Shown here in pieces: positions 40,658-49,721 of a stretch of 64,000 nucleotides of DNA. Each line of letters opens with the position of its first letter. Positions within the stretch are counted from its first letter, which is position 1. Both the position numbers and the translations under genes were made by a program. Source of the DNA: Patescibacteria group bacterium (GTDB taxonomy: Bacteria; Patescibacteriota; UBA1384; 2-12-FULL-50-11); contig JBBUAP010000001.1 of NCBI GenBank assembly GCA_038058635.1, forward strand, positions 384,771 through 448,770, written 5' to 3'. The notes beneath the pieces were generated by a model. The model saw nothing but the letters and a program-made list of their open reading frames with translations, was not told the DNA's origin and did no database searches.

Positions 40658-41659
40658 ATGAACATAGCAATTAATGGTTTTGGACGGATCGGACGAACAG
40701 CGGCGAAAATTTTATTAGAAAAGAAAGACGCGAAACTTGTGGCGGTCAACGACCTGACCGATGACGCCACACTGGCCCATCTATTTAAATACGACTCCAA
40801 CTACGGTACTTGGTCGGGTGAAATTTCCGCCGATCCTGATGGCGAGCACTTAATTTTCAACGGCGAAAAAGTTCCCAGTTTTGCCGAGAAAGATCCGACT
40901 AAACTACCTTGGAAAGATCTAGGCGTCGATGTAGTGCTGGAATGCACCGGGTTTTTTACCGAAAAAGAAACGGCGATGGGCCATATTACCGCCGGGGCCA
41001 AGCGGGTAATTATCTCCGCGCCACCAAAGGGTTCGATGGCCACTCATATAATTTCCGTCAACGAAGGCGATATAAAAAGCGACGACCCAGTTATCTCCAA
41101 CGCTTCTTGCACCACCAACTGCATTACGCCGGTGGTGGCCGTTATTAACCGCGAGTTTGGAGTTTTGAAGGCGATGATGACAACTATTCACTCCTACACC
41201 GCCGATCAGAACCTACAAGATGGGCCACACAAAGATTTGCGTCGGGCTCGGGCGGCGGCCGAGAACATCGTCCCAACTACAACCGGCGCCGCTCTCTCCA
41301 CCACTGAAGTTATTCCCGAACTGAAGGGTCTATTTGATGGTTTGGCGATTCGAGTTCCCACTCCCGTTGGTTCGCTTTCCGACATCACTTTCATAGTCAA
41401 AAAGAAAACCACCGTCGAGGAAGTAAACGAAGCCTTAACGCATGCCAGCGAGGAGCCGCGCTTCAAAGGGATAATGGAAGTGACCAACCAACCGCTCGTT
41501 TCCAGCGACATCGTCGGCAATCCGGCATCAGCAATTGTCGATCTAGAGCTGACCAAGGTCGTCGATGGCGACATGGTCAAAGTCGTCGCCTGGTACGATA
41601 ACGAATACGGCTACTCTTGTCGCTTGGTTGAACTCGCCATTCTAGCTGGGAAGCAATGA
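40658..41659 (+). CDS. gap: glyceraldehyde-3-phosphate dehydrogenase
   Basis: 'MNIAINGFGRIGR', 'SNASCTTNC' and 'WYDNEYGYS'. Start placed at the internal ATG 40658. Confidence 0.95.
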   Translation: MNIAINGFGRIGRTAAKILLEKKDAKLVAVNDLTDDATLAHLFKYDSNYGTWSGEISADPDGEHLIFNGEKVPSFAEKDPTKLPWKDLGVDVVLECTGFFTEKETAMGHITAGAKRVIISAPPKGSMATHIISVNEGDIKSDDPVISNASCTTNCITPVVAVINREFGVLKAMMTTIHSYTADQNLQDGPHKDLRRARAAAENIVPTTTGAALSTTEVIPELKGLFDGLAIRVPTPVGSLSDITFIVKKKTTVEEVNEALTHASEEPRFKGIMEVTNQPLVSSDIVGNPASAIVDLELTKVVDGDMVKVVAWYDNEYGYSCRLVELAILAGKQ

Positions 41660-42351
41660 AGGAGACTACGTATAAGGGGGCGACGATTACGGCCATGAGT
41701 CATGATGGTTTTCGGGTCGATGTTGCCGTGCCAACGGTCAGCTTTGCGTTTGATCCGTACGATCTTCACGGGGAACCAGAACCAGTTGACTTCATTTTTG
41801 TGTCACACCCGCATTTTGACCACTGCGATATTTCGTCTATCCGTAAACTGCTTGGTCCAAAATCAAGGGTTGTTGCGCCGAACTGTTGTAAGGGCGAGCT
41901 TGGCGAATTTGGCGAGCAAGTCGATTACTATTCTGGGGACGATAAAGTTACGGCCGGCAAATTAACTTACTGGGCGATTCCGGCCTATAATGTCGATAAA
42001 TTCCGTACCCCTAACGAAGTCTTTCATCCAAAAGAGCTGGGTGGTGTTGGTTTCGTTGTCGAAATCCCTATACAAGGATCGAAGAATCTTCGCTTTTATC
42101 ACGCCGGCGATACCGATCTAGTACCTGAAATGGAAGCGGTTAAGAAAATCGATGTTGCGTTTCTGCCAATCTCCGGGACGTTTGTAATGACTTTGGATGA
42201 AGCTATTAAGGCAACACAGCTGATCGAACCCGACCTTGCCATTCCGATGCACTACGGGAAAATCCTAGGGTCAGTGGCGGAAGCCAACCGTTTCCAAAAC
42301 TTGCTTCATGACAAAACCCAAGTTGCCGTGCTGTCGACTGACAGTATATAG
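41656..42351 (+). CDS. MBL-fold metallo-hydrolase
   Basis: 'FIFVSHPHFDHCD' and 'HAGDT'. Confidence 0.8.
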   Translation: MKETTYKGATITAMSHDGFRVDVAVPTVSFAFDPYDLHGEPEPVDFIFVSHPHFDHCDISSIRKLLGPKSRVVAPNCCKGELGEFGEQVDYYSGDDKVTAGKLTYWAIPAYNVDKFRTPNEVFHPKELGGVGFVVEIPIQGSKNLRFYHAGDTDLVPEMEAVKKIDVAFLPISGTFVMTLDEAIKATQLIEPDLAIPMHYGKILGSVAEANRFQNLLHDKTQVAVLSTDSI

Positions 42352-42408
42352 GGGGTAAATAATGCCCCTCCTGGGTGGAGGGGCCTTTGGATCGAACAGG
42401 GTTGTCGC

Positions 42409-43080
42409 TCAGAACTTGTCTGGCAGGTGAATACCATATTCATTGCTGAGAGCCGTGCCGTGGTCGCAGAGGGGACAAGGACCTTCGGCCCAGCTTTGCA
42501 GGTTGGCGCGGTCCAACGTAAGAAGGAACGGAACGTGACCAAAGTCGCTTGGACTGGTCAGCGTCCGTCGAAACCAAGCTACAGCGCCAACCACCTCGCC
42601 ACCTTGTAGGCGAACTTCGTTAGCGACTTCCCTGATCGTTGTCCCGGTGGTGATCACCACACTGGTAACAACCACGCGTTTTCCCTCGAGAGCTTTCGAG
42701 AAACTCGGTCGAAACTTGAGTCCGTCGTGGTCGGTCTCTTCGGCGAAGTAGCACTTGGTAGGTTGTTTGGACTGCTTGCTCCATTGAAGGGCAAGCTGGG
42801 AGGCAATCACCAATCCACCGTTAGCGCGGCCAACGACCGCGTCGACGTTCTCGCACAGCAACCCAAGGCGAGTCGACAAGGGTTGGCAAAGACTCTCCAC
42901 TACTGTCGGGTCGGCGATCATAGAGTCCTTGCATACCCAGGTTTCGCTGTGATAACCTCTCCCGATGTTGAAGTGTCCTCCGCTAATGAGGAACTTACCC
43001 TCGCGAATTAGTTGGTTGATTTCTTGATTACCGACTGAAAGGTGCACCGTGGCGGCGGGCGCCGGATTAGAAATAGACAC
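42409..43080 (-). CDS. phosphoribosyltransferase family protein (orotate PRTase-like)
   Basis: PRPP loop 'GKRVVVTSVVITTGTTIREV' and 'FLISGGHF'. Confidence 0.7.
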   Translation of the reverse strand: MSISNPAPAATVHLSVGNQEINQLIREGKFLISGGHFNIGRGYHSETWVCKDSMIADPTVVESLCQPLSTRLGLLCENVDAVVGRANGGLVIASQLALQWSKQSKQPTKCYFAEETDHDGLKFRPSFSKALEGKRVVVTSVVITTGTTIREVANEVRLQGGEVVGAVAWFRRTLTSPSDFGHVPFLLTLDRANLQSWAEGPCPLCDHGTALSNEYGIHLPDKF

Positions 43081-43190
43081 GATATTCCTCCTACTCTCCT
43101 GCAGATAAAGACAATTGTATGTTCTTTACAGCGAAAGTCAAACAACCGTGGCTATATCTAGAGCGGTTTCTCTGGTAGAATTTGCTTGAA

Positions 43191-44309
43191 ATGAGACGAA
43201 TTTATGCTGACCATGCTGCCGCTACTCCGACCGATCCACGCGTTGTCGAGGCGATGGCGCCGTATCAGACGGAAACCTTTGGTAATCCATCGAGCATTCA
43301 TAGTTTTGGGCGCACGGCCCACGACGCAATTACTGAATCGACCCAACGAATCTCTGATTTTTTAAACTCCAAGCCTGAGGATATCTTTTACACCAGCGGT
43401 GGGACAGAGAGTAATAATCTAGCCATCATTGGTGTGGCCAAAGCCAACAAGAACAAGGGTCAGCACATAATTACGACCGCCATCGAACATCCCAGTGTCT
43501 TAAACGCTTGTCGAGCGCTGGCCAAAGACGGCTGGAAGGTAACTTACTTGCCGGTGACAACAGCTGGTTTAGTGGAAGCAGGCACACTTAAAAAAGCCCT
43601 GACCAATGAAACCGTTCTGGTTTCAATACACTTAGCCAATTCGGAGATTGGAGTCATTCAAAATATTGCCGAGCTAGCCAAAATTGCCAAAGCTCATGGG
43701 GCGTATTTTCACACCGACGCCTGCCAAGCGGCGACATTTTTGGAATTAGATGTCGATAAGCTTGGAGTCGATCTGCTAAGCTTCAACGGCTCTAAAATGT
43801 ACGGGCCGAAAGGTGTCGGCGCGCTTTACGTTCGTGAGGGAGTGCAGATCTTCCCGATTTTATACGGCGGCGGTCAGCAGAACTCACTCCGCAGCGGTAC
43901 AGAAAACGTGCCGGGAATCGTGGGGTTAGCGACAGCGTGCGACATCGTCCATCAGCAGCGCACAGCAGACAGTAAGCGGATCGGCCAATTGCGTGACGAT
44001 CTTCAGAGCCAGCTAGAAAAGTTGGTTGGTGTCAAAATCAACTGTGCCACTTCAACGCGATTGCCCAATCATCTTTCGATTACATTAGAGCAAGCTAAGG
44101 CAACAAATTTAGTTGAGGCGTTTGACCGGCATGGCATCGCTGTTTCTTCTGGCTCGGCCTGTAGCTCTAGCTCGATCGTCGACTCCCAGGTCTTGCAGGC
44201 AATCGGGCTAACCAGCGAGCAGATTCACAAAACCATTCGGATCAGTTTGGGGAGACAAACAGACAGTAGCGATTTTGAGTGTATTACTAAAACGACGAAG
44301 TTAATATGA
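43191..44309 (+). CDS. cysteine desulfurase (NifS/IscS class)
   Basis: 'IYADHAAATP', 'FGNPSSIHSFG', 'SFNGSKMYGPKGVG' and 'SSGSACSS'. Confidence 0.9.
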   Translation: MRRIYADHAAATPTDPRVVEAMAPYQTETFGNPSSIHSFGRTAHDAITESTQRISDFLNSKPEDIFYTSGGTESNNLAIIGVAKANKNKGQHIITTAIEHPSVLNACRALAKDGWKVTYLPVTTAGLVEAGTLKKALTNETVLVSIHLANSEIGVIQNIAELAKIAKAHGAYFHTDACQAATFLELDVDKLGVDLLSFNGSKMYGPKGVGALYVREGVQIFPILYGGGQQNSLRSGTENVPGIVGLATACDIVHQQRTADSKRIGQLRDDLQSQLEKLVGVKINCATSTRLPNHLSITLEQAKATNLVEAFDRHGIAVSSGSACSSSSIVDSQVLQAIGLTSEQIHKTIRISLGRQTDSSDFECITKTTKLI

Positions 44310-44350
44310 AATCCCCACGGCCGGATGGGCGCGGGGACAGGGGTTGGGCA

Positions 44351-44491
44351 TCACTCATTTCTGCCCCAGGGATCTTCGGGTCGTTCGCCCCAAACCAATC
44401 GAGTGAGCCAACTCACCACCCAAACGGCGACAGTTACGAGCAGCGTCAGTCCGACCCAGAATAGATGAGAGGCCTTTTCACTAACATTCAT
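44351..44491 (-). CDS. 46-aa single-TM peptide (below ORF-track cutoff)
   Basis: GGGAGGA lies 5 nt upstream of the ATG at 44491. The product is MNVSEKASHLFWVGLTLLVTVAVWVVSWLTRLVWGERPEDPWGRNE*. Confidence 0.35.
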   Translation of the reverse strand: MNVSEKASHLFWVGLTLLVTVAVWVVSWLTRLVWGERPEDPWGRNE

Positions 44492-44560
44492 AGCTTCCTC
44501 CCTTGCGATGTAGCGAACAATATCTTAATAATATACTAAAGTCAACAATTGAGGAGGTAA

Positions 44561-45148
44561 ATGTACGAAGCAAAAAAGTTCGAGAGTATTAAGGAATTGA
44601 ACGGCATTAGTGAGCGGACAATGACGGAGCATTACAAGCTTTACGAGGGGTATGTGAAGAAATACAACGAAATAATCGACAAGTTAAAAACCGTCGACAC
44701 CGAACCAGCCAATCAAATATACAGCGACATTCGGGCGCTCAAAGTTGATCTGACATTTGCCATCGGCGGGATCAAAAGTCACGAATTATACTTCGGTCAT
44801 TTGGGGGGCGAAGGTGGCAAACCATCCGGTAAACTTTTAGAGCAAATAAATAAAGATTTTGGTTCGTTTGAAGTCTGGCAGAAGGACATGAAAGCCACAG
44901 CGACGGCCGCGCGCGGCTGGGCCTGGTTGGCTTACGATTGGGATTTCAAAAAACTGTTCAATTATATCGGTGACGCCCAAAATACTTTCCCGGTCTGGAA
45001 TGCCACTCCTTTATTAGCGCTGGATGTCTACGAACATGCCTACTACCTAGACTTTGCCACCAAGCGGGCTGACTATATTGATGCGTTTTTCAACAATCTC
45101 AATTGGCAATCTCTTGAAAAGCATTTTATTGACCACCAACTAGATTAA
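44561..45148 (+). CDS. sod: Fe/Mn superoxide dismutase
   Basis: 'HYKLYEGYV', 'WAWL' and 'DVYEHAYYLDF'. A GAGGAGG SD is present. Confidence 0.9.
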   Translation: MYEAKKFESIKELNGISERTMTEHYKLYEGYVKKYNEIIDKLKTVDTEPANQIYSDIRALKVDLTFAIGGIKSHELYFGHLGGEGGKPSGKLLEQINKDFGSFEVWQKDMKATATAARGWAWLAYDWDFKKLFNYIGDAQNTFPVWNATPLLALDVYEHAYYLDFATKRADYIDAFFNNLNWQSLEKHFIDHQLD

Positions 45149-45246
45149 TCACGACTTACGCAGTTTAGTTGATATAACTGGTTTGAACTTGCGTCGTGTT
45201 TCCACGACCTACATCTTAGAGCGCGTAAGTCGTGGAAATAGTATAT

Positions 45247-45271
45247 GGAAAAGCCGCCCCGAAGGGGCGGC
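45247..45271 (-). terminator. intrinsic terminator after 45279-45947 gene
   Basis: The minus strand reads GCCGCCCC TTC GGGGCGGC followed by TTTTCC. Confidence 0.6.
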
Positions 45272-45278
45272 CGGTAGC

Positions 45279-45947
45279 TCAGACTGGACTGGGAATGGGA
45301 CACTCGGCTCGGCCAACCTGCATATAGTTGGCTGCATGTACCTTAAGCGAGTCGGTGCAGCTTTGAGCAGCGTTAATAAGGTCGTTATTCAGAACGGGGA
45401 TAACCTCGTTAGCCCAAAGACAAGGCTTACCGTTGGCGAATTTGTCGCAGATTGCATCGGTGACAATCTTTCTGGCTCCATCTTCACCAAGGGACACCAA
45501 GACCAACAGGTCGAGCTTGCGGTCATTGATGATAGCGGATGTGGCTTGACGAGTTTGATACTTCAGCCAGATTTTGTCGCTATCAGTCATGCCGCTACTA
45601 TTGTAGACAAAAGCTTCCCGAACGAGGAGCCTGAATCCGTCGAGAAGTATCAGCTCGTTCGGTTGGTCATCAAAGCTCTCAATCACTTCGAATACTGCCT
45701 CCACCCCACTCAGGAAACAAATAATTCGAGCAATCAGTTCGCCTCTACCATTTAACCGGCTGCCGAAAAAATCGTCGTAGGTTTGGCGGACAGAATCGCT
45801 GACCTTCCTTCGCTGTTGAGACGCTGTCAATCGGACAATCTCGATCGAGCCGAAACTGTCGTTTGCAAGTTTCCCCTGAATTGTTTGAATCAGGGGTAAG
45901 CTGCTGGGAAACCTTACACTACCGTTGAAAAAGAGCGCCGCTGTCAT
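45279..45947 (-). CDS. hypothetical protein (orphan)
   Basis: 222 aa with GGAGGG 3 nt upstream of the ATG and a terminator downstream. I preferred it over the overlapping plus-strand 45183-45755 ORF. Confidence 0.5.
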   Translation of the reverse strand: MTAALFFNGSVRFPSSLPLIQTIQGKLANDSFGSIEIVRLTASQQRRKVSDSVRQTYDDFFGSRLNGRGELIARIICFLSGVEAVFEVIESFDDQPNELILLDGFRLLVREAFVYNSSGMTDSDKIWLKYQTRQATSAIINDRKLDLLVLVSLGEDGARKIVTDAICDKFANGKPCLWANEVIPVLNNDLINAAQSCTDSLKVHAANYMQVGRAECPIPSPV

Positions 45948-46023
45948 TTTCCCTCCTGGATCTGCGGTATTTTGCGCTAGAGCGCGAGTAGCATCATAGC
46001 AGTTAATGAGCTAATATTCAACG

Positions 46024-46857
46024 ATGGATATCGGCGCACATGTTTCCACCGCTGGCGGGTTAAAGAATGCTATCGATAGCGGGATTAAGATCGGCGCCGA
46101 AGCGTTGCAGATTTTTCCGTCCGCGCCGTTGCAGTGGAAAATTCGGGGTTGGGACGAAGAACAGTGCGCGTGGTTTAAGGCCGAATGGCCAAAAACTTTT
46201 AAGCAAGTTATCTTTCATGGCATATATCTAACGAATTTGGCTGGAACCAGTCCAGAGAATGTTATTAAAACCAAAACTGCCCTAATTGAAACCTTAAATT
46301 TGGCGGCGAAAATTGGTGTTGTCGGCACAATCTTTCATCCTGGCTCGTACACCAACGGTGAGCTCGGCAACCAAGATCAGATCAAAACTGTAATCGCCGA
46401 GATACTGGCGGCGACACCTCCAGAATCGAAACTCATTTACGAAAACTCGGCCGGTTCGACGATCGGCGGTAGACTGGAGGACTTGGCGTGGCTCGTTAAC
46501 GCCTCTTCGGACAAATCGCGGGTTGGGGTTTGTTTGGATACTTGTCACGCCTTTGCCGCTGGTTACGACATTAAGACCAAAAATGGCTACGAAGCATATG
46601 TCAAAGAGGTTGACCGCTTAATTGGCCTCGACAAAGTTTTCTGCTGGCATTTCAATGACTCCAAGTTTGAGTTAGGCGCCAAGCGCGATCGGCACGAGAA
46701 CATCGGCCAAGGATTTCTCGGTGCTGAACCGTTTGGAAATATTCTGAACGACTCGCGCTGGGCGAGTTTGGCTTGCTACCTAGAAGTACCTGGTTTTGAC
46801 GATAAGGGCCCTGACCAGAAAAATATCGAAATACTCAAGAATCTGCGTCAGAGCTAG
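46024..46857 (+). CDS. nfo: endonuclease IV (AP endonuclease family 2)
   Basis: 'IGAHVSTAGG', 'IFHPGS', 'CLDTCHAFAAGYD' and 'HFNDS'. Confidence 0.9.
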   Translation: MDIGAHVSTAGGLKNAIDSGIKIGAEALQIFPSAPLQWKIRGWDEEQCAWFKAEWPKTFKQVIFHGIYLTNLAGTSPENVIKTKTALIETLNLAAKIGVVGTIFHPGSYTNGELGNQDQIKTVIAEILAATPPESKLIYENSAGSTIGGRLEDLAWLVNASSDKSRVGVCLDTCHAFAAGYDIKTKNGYEAYVKEVDRLIGLDKVFCWHFNDSKFELGAKRDRHENIGQGFLGAEPFGNILNDSRWASLACYLEVPGFDDKGPDQKNIEILKNLRQS

Positions 46858-47237
46858 TTTGCCTCGAGGTATTTTTTGATTGCGCCGAGATAATAAATAT
46901 CCCAGCCCTCTTTCAAATCCTTTTCTTCACTAGAAGGATGGCCGGTTTGGGTTAATTTAATTTCTGTGTGATCATCGGTGGACGTCACGTCAAAAGTGAC
47001 GATTGACGGTTTTGGCCAATCGCCGTATTGCCACTCCTGGACAAGTTTATTGGGCTTCTCGACGGCAGTGTTGACTCCGCTAATGTCGCCGTTCCAAAGC
47101 TCAAATTCAAAACCAACCTCGGCGCTCATTCTGGCTGGAGCATTGCTCCACTTGGCGATTATCTCTGGGTCAACCAATGCCTGCCAGACTTTCTCGATCG
47201 GCGAAGCGATTAAAAAAGTTTCTTTAATTTCAGCCAT
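46854..47237 (-). CDS. SRPBCC/Aha1-domain (START-like) protein
   Basis: 127 aa with 'SPIEKVWQALVDPEIIAKW', an Aha1_N-like layout. Confidence 0.75.
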   Translation of the reverse strand: MAEIKETFLIASPIEKVWQALVDPEIIAKWSNAPARMSAEVGFEFELWNGDISGVNTAVEKPNKLVQEWQYGDWPKPSIVTFDVTSTDDHTEIKLTQTGHPSSEEKDLKEGWDIYYLGAIKKYLEAN

Positions 47238-47465
47238 TCAATATATTTTAACTCAATGCCTAGTTTTACCAAGTAATTAGTAAGGGTAAAATATACGACC
47301 CCACCTTGTTAGGGGCGGGGTCGGATGCCGCTCTCCTGGAGCGGCGTAATGTATTACTGGTGTGCGGCTTGTTGTTGTCGCACAAACCAGAAGTGACATT
47401 CAATCGACTTGAGTCAATAGTGGGCATGTTGCCCAGTTATCGCTCACTGCCCGGGGCGCCGGGGT

Positions 47466-47630
47466 TCAGACCGCGTTGGTCGAGTGTCCGGTGTCCGCGC
47501 CAATGTCGATGTCGTTCTTGAAGGTGCCGGCCGACGTGTGGCCGTTGGTCGTGTTGATGGCGCCGTTGGACGCAATTGGTTCGATCTGGCTAAACAAGTT
47601 GCGCACTCTGGGCGATCCTCGAATCATCAT
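47466..47630 (-). CDS. 54-aa peptide ORF (below ORF-track cutoff)
   Basis: GGGAGGAAATCAC-ATG. The product is MMIRGSPRVRNLFSQIEPIASNGAINTTNGHTSAGTFKNDIDIGADTGHSTNAV*. A GC hairpin follows immediately. Confidence 0.35.
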   Translation of the reverse strand: MMIRGSPRVRNLFSQIEPIASNGAINTTNGHTSAGTFKNDIDIGADTGHSTNAV

Positions 47631-47807
47631 GTGATTTCCTCCCTACCCCCCTAAGCAATCTGAAGCATCTTCAGCGATCACCCGGTTTTTGGGTAGTGCA
47701 CCAGCGAACAAAAGCAGTGAGCTTCCGCTTGCGGGTTGTGAAAATATTACCACCTTTGCGTCGGATTGTCAACAGTTTTTGGCAGAATTTTTGTGTATAC
47801 TAATACT

Positions 47808-47963
47808 ATGAATTCACTTCAACTTATGGGCGCACTAGCGATTGCTTTTGGGATTTTGGTGATAATCTTTCCGCAACTGGTCGGCATTTTGGTCGGCATT
47901 TTCTTTATTATCGTCGGCATCAACATCCTGGCTTTCGGCAACAAGTTCACCCGACTTCGCTAA
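47808..47963 (+). CDS. small two-TM membrane protein
   Basis: MNSLQLMGALAIAFGILVIIFPQLVGILVGIFFIIVGINILAFGNKFTRLR. Confidence 0.5.
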   Translation: MNSLQLMGALAIAFGILVIIFPQLVGILVGIFFIIVGINILAFGNKFTRLR

Positions 47964-47983
47964 AGTAGTAATTACCCCTTCAA

Positions 47984-49648
47984 CTAGGAGTCAACAGTCT
48001 TTAGAGATTTTTTCCGCTGACGCTGGCGATGAAATCCGATGACAAAGCGATGCGTTTCGTCGCGGATACGAGCAAGTAGAAGAACTCCCTTATGTCCCCG
48101 CGTCGCCAGAACGGGTTTTTTCTTTCCCGGCAAAAATATCCGATCTGGCTTCTTGGCAAGAGCGATAAATCGCAGCATCTGGCCACTTGCTTCTGGCTCC
48201 TTGCTAGTCTGCCAGTTGCTAGTAGCTAGTTGCTCCGCCGCCTTAAGGGCGGCGGCAAGCTGTTCCGGTCCACCATCAACCACAAACAAATCCGGTAGCG
48301 GTCGGGAAGTGTCCGCGAAACGCCGGGCGGTCACTTCAGCGATCATCGCAAAGTCATCTTGCCCCTCAACCGTTTTGATTTTATAGCGCCGATACTCGTT
48401 TTTATCCGGTATACCATTAATAAAACAAACGGTGGCCCCAACCGGTTCGCTCGCACCGAGGTTAGATATATCAACCGCTTCGATCCGTTGCGGCAATTTA
48501 CCTAACCCTAATAATTCTTTGATGGCGATAACTCCAAGCATACTCGAATCTTGGTTTACTAAGCTGGATTCAAGTTTAGCTCCAGCGTTCTTTTTGGCTA
48601 ACGCCACAAAGTCTACCTTGTCGCCGCGCGTGGCAACTCGTAGCTCGATCGAATGACCGGACATCGTTTCCAACCACCCTTCAATCAGTTTCTGGTCATC
48701 GATAGCAGTCTCAAGAATAATTAAACTCGGGTGTACTGGGAAGTTAGCATAAAGTGTTAAGAAAAATTGGCGAATAACTTCGCTTTCCGCTTGATCAATC
48801 GGTGAGTCAAAGACAAACTGCTTCTGCCCGCTCATTACCCCCTGACGAACCATGAGTAATGTTACGACAGATCGATTATTAGTTTCAGCGGTGGCGATGA
48901 CATCGAAATCTTCCTGGGCTTGCCCAACGATGTGCTGTTTAGTCGTTACTTGTCTTATTGCCCTTAACTGATCGCGCAGTTTCGCCGCCAGCTCGTAGTT
49001 CTTTGCCTCCGAGGCCTGATTCATTCGCAAACTCAAGTCCTTGGAAAGCGAGTTGCGTTTGCCAAGCAAGAATTCAACAGATTTTGTTACCTTGACAGCA
49101 TATGCTTCAGCAGATATTTCACCGGCCAACGGGCATGAGTTATTTTCAAGCTGGCAGTTTAAGCAGGGCCGAGCATTACCAGAGGGCAAGGCTCGATTAC
49201 TGATATGAACGCCGTAAAGCCGGCGCAAGAACTCGCAAGTTAGTCGTGCCGACCAGGCCGATAGATAGGGACCAAAGTATTTTGCCCCGTCGCGAGCGCG
49301 TTTGCGGACAACCTGAAAGCAGGGGAACGGCTCGTTGACGGTTAGTTTAATAAATGGGTAGGCCTTGTCGTCAGTTAGTTTGATATTGTACTTCGGCAAA
49401 TATTCGCCGATTAAGCGGGATTCCAAAATTAGGGCCTCGAGTTCGTTGTTGACGACAATTATTTCAATGTCATCAATTAACCCGATCATCACGCTCACCC
49501 ACGGTCGATCTAAGTGTTTGTTTGTAAAATAGCTTCCAACCCGATTTCTCAAGTTTTTGGCCTTGCCAACATAGAGCACGGCGCCAGAGTCGTCCTTGAA
49601 AAGATACACACCAGGCTGGGTTGGCAGATTGTTGGTCAACTTTTTCAT
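47984..49648 (-). CDS. uvrC: excinuclease ABC subunit C
   Basis: GIY-YIG 'GVYLFKDDSGAVLYVGKAKNLRNRV' and UVR motif 'EAKNYELAAKLRDQLRAI'. 554 aa. Confidence 0.9.
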   Translation of the reverse strand: MKKLTNNLPTQPGVYLFKDDSGAVLYVGKAKNLRNRVGSYFTNKHLDRPWVSVMIGLIDDIEIIVVNNELEALILESRLIGEYLPKYNIKLTDDKAYPFIKLTVNEPFPCFQVVRKRARDGAKYFGPYLSAWSARLTCEFLRRLYGVHISNRALPSGNARPCLNCQLENNSCPLAGEISAEAYAVKVTKSVEFLLGKRNSLSKDLSLRMNQASEAKNYELAAKLRDQLRAIRQVTTKQHIVGQAQEDFDVIATAETNNRSVVTLLMVRQGVMSGQKQFVFDSPIDQAESEVIRQFFLTLYANFPVHPSLIILETAIDDQKLIEGWLETMSGHSIELRVATRGDKVDFVALAKKNAGAKLESSLVNQDSSMLGVIAIKELLGLGKLPQRIEAVDISNLGASEPVGATVCFINGIPDKNEYRRYKIKTVEGQDDFAMIAEVTARRFADTSRPLPDLFVVDGGPEQLAAALKAAEQLATSNWQTSKEPEASGQMLRFIALAKKPDRIFLPGKKKPVLATRGHKGVLLLARIRDETHRFVIGFHRQRQRKKSLKTVDS

Positions 49649-49721
49649 CGCTCACAGTATATCCTACTCGAATCAGTATTCCGATTCACAAAATGAAAGC
49701 CGGCAAAATGAAAGGATGCAG

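Noticed and set aside
45183-45755. 190-aa plus-strand ORF overlapping 45279-45947.
   Set aside because: The minus-strand frame has a GGAGGG SD and a downstream terminator. The plus-strand frame starts inside the inverted repeat after sod and has no signals.
47306-47521. 71-aa plus-strand ORF.
   Set aside because: Its product is Arg/Ser/Cys/Pro-rich and it has no SD. It lies antisense to the SD-bearing 54-codon ORF and the hairpin cluster.
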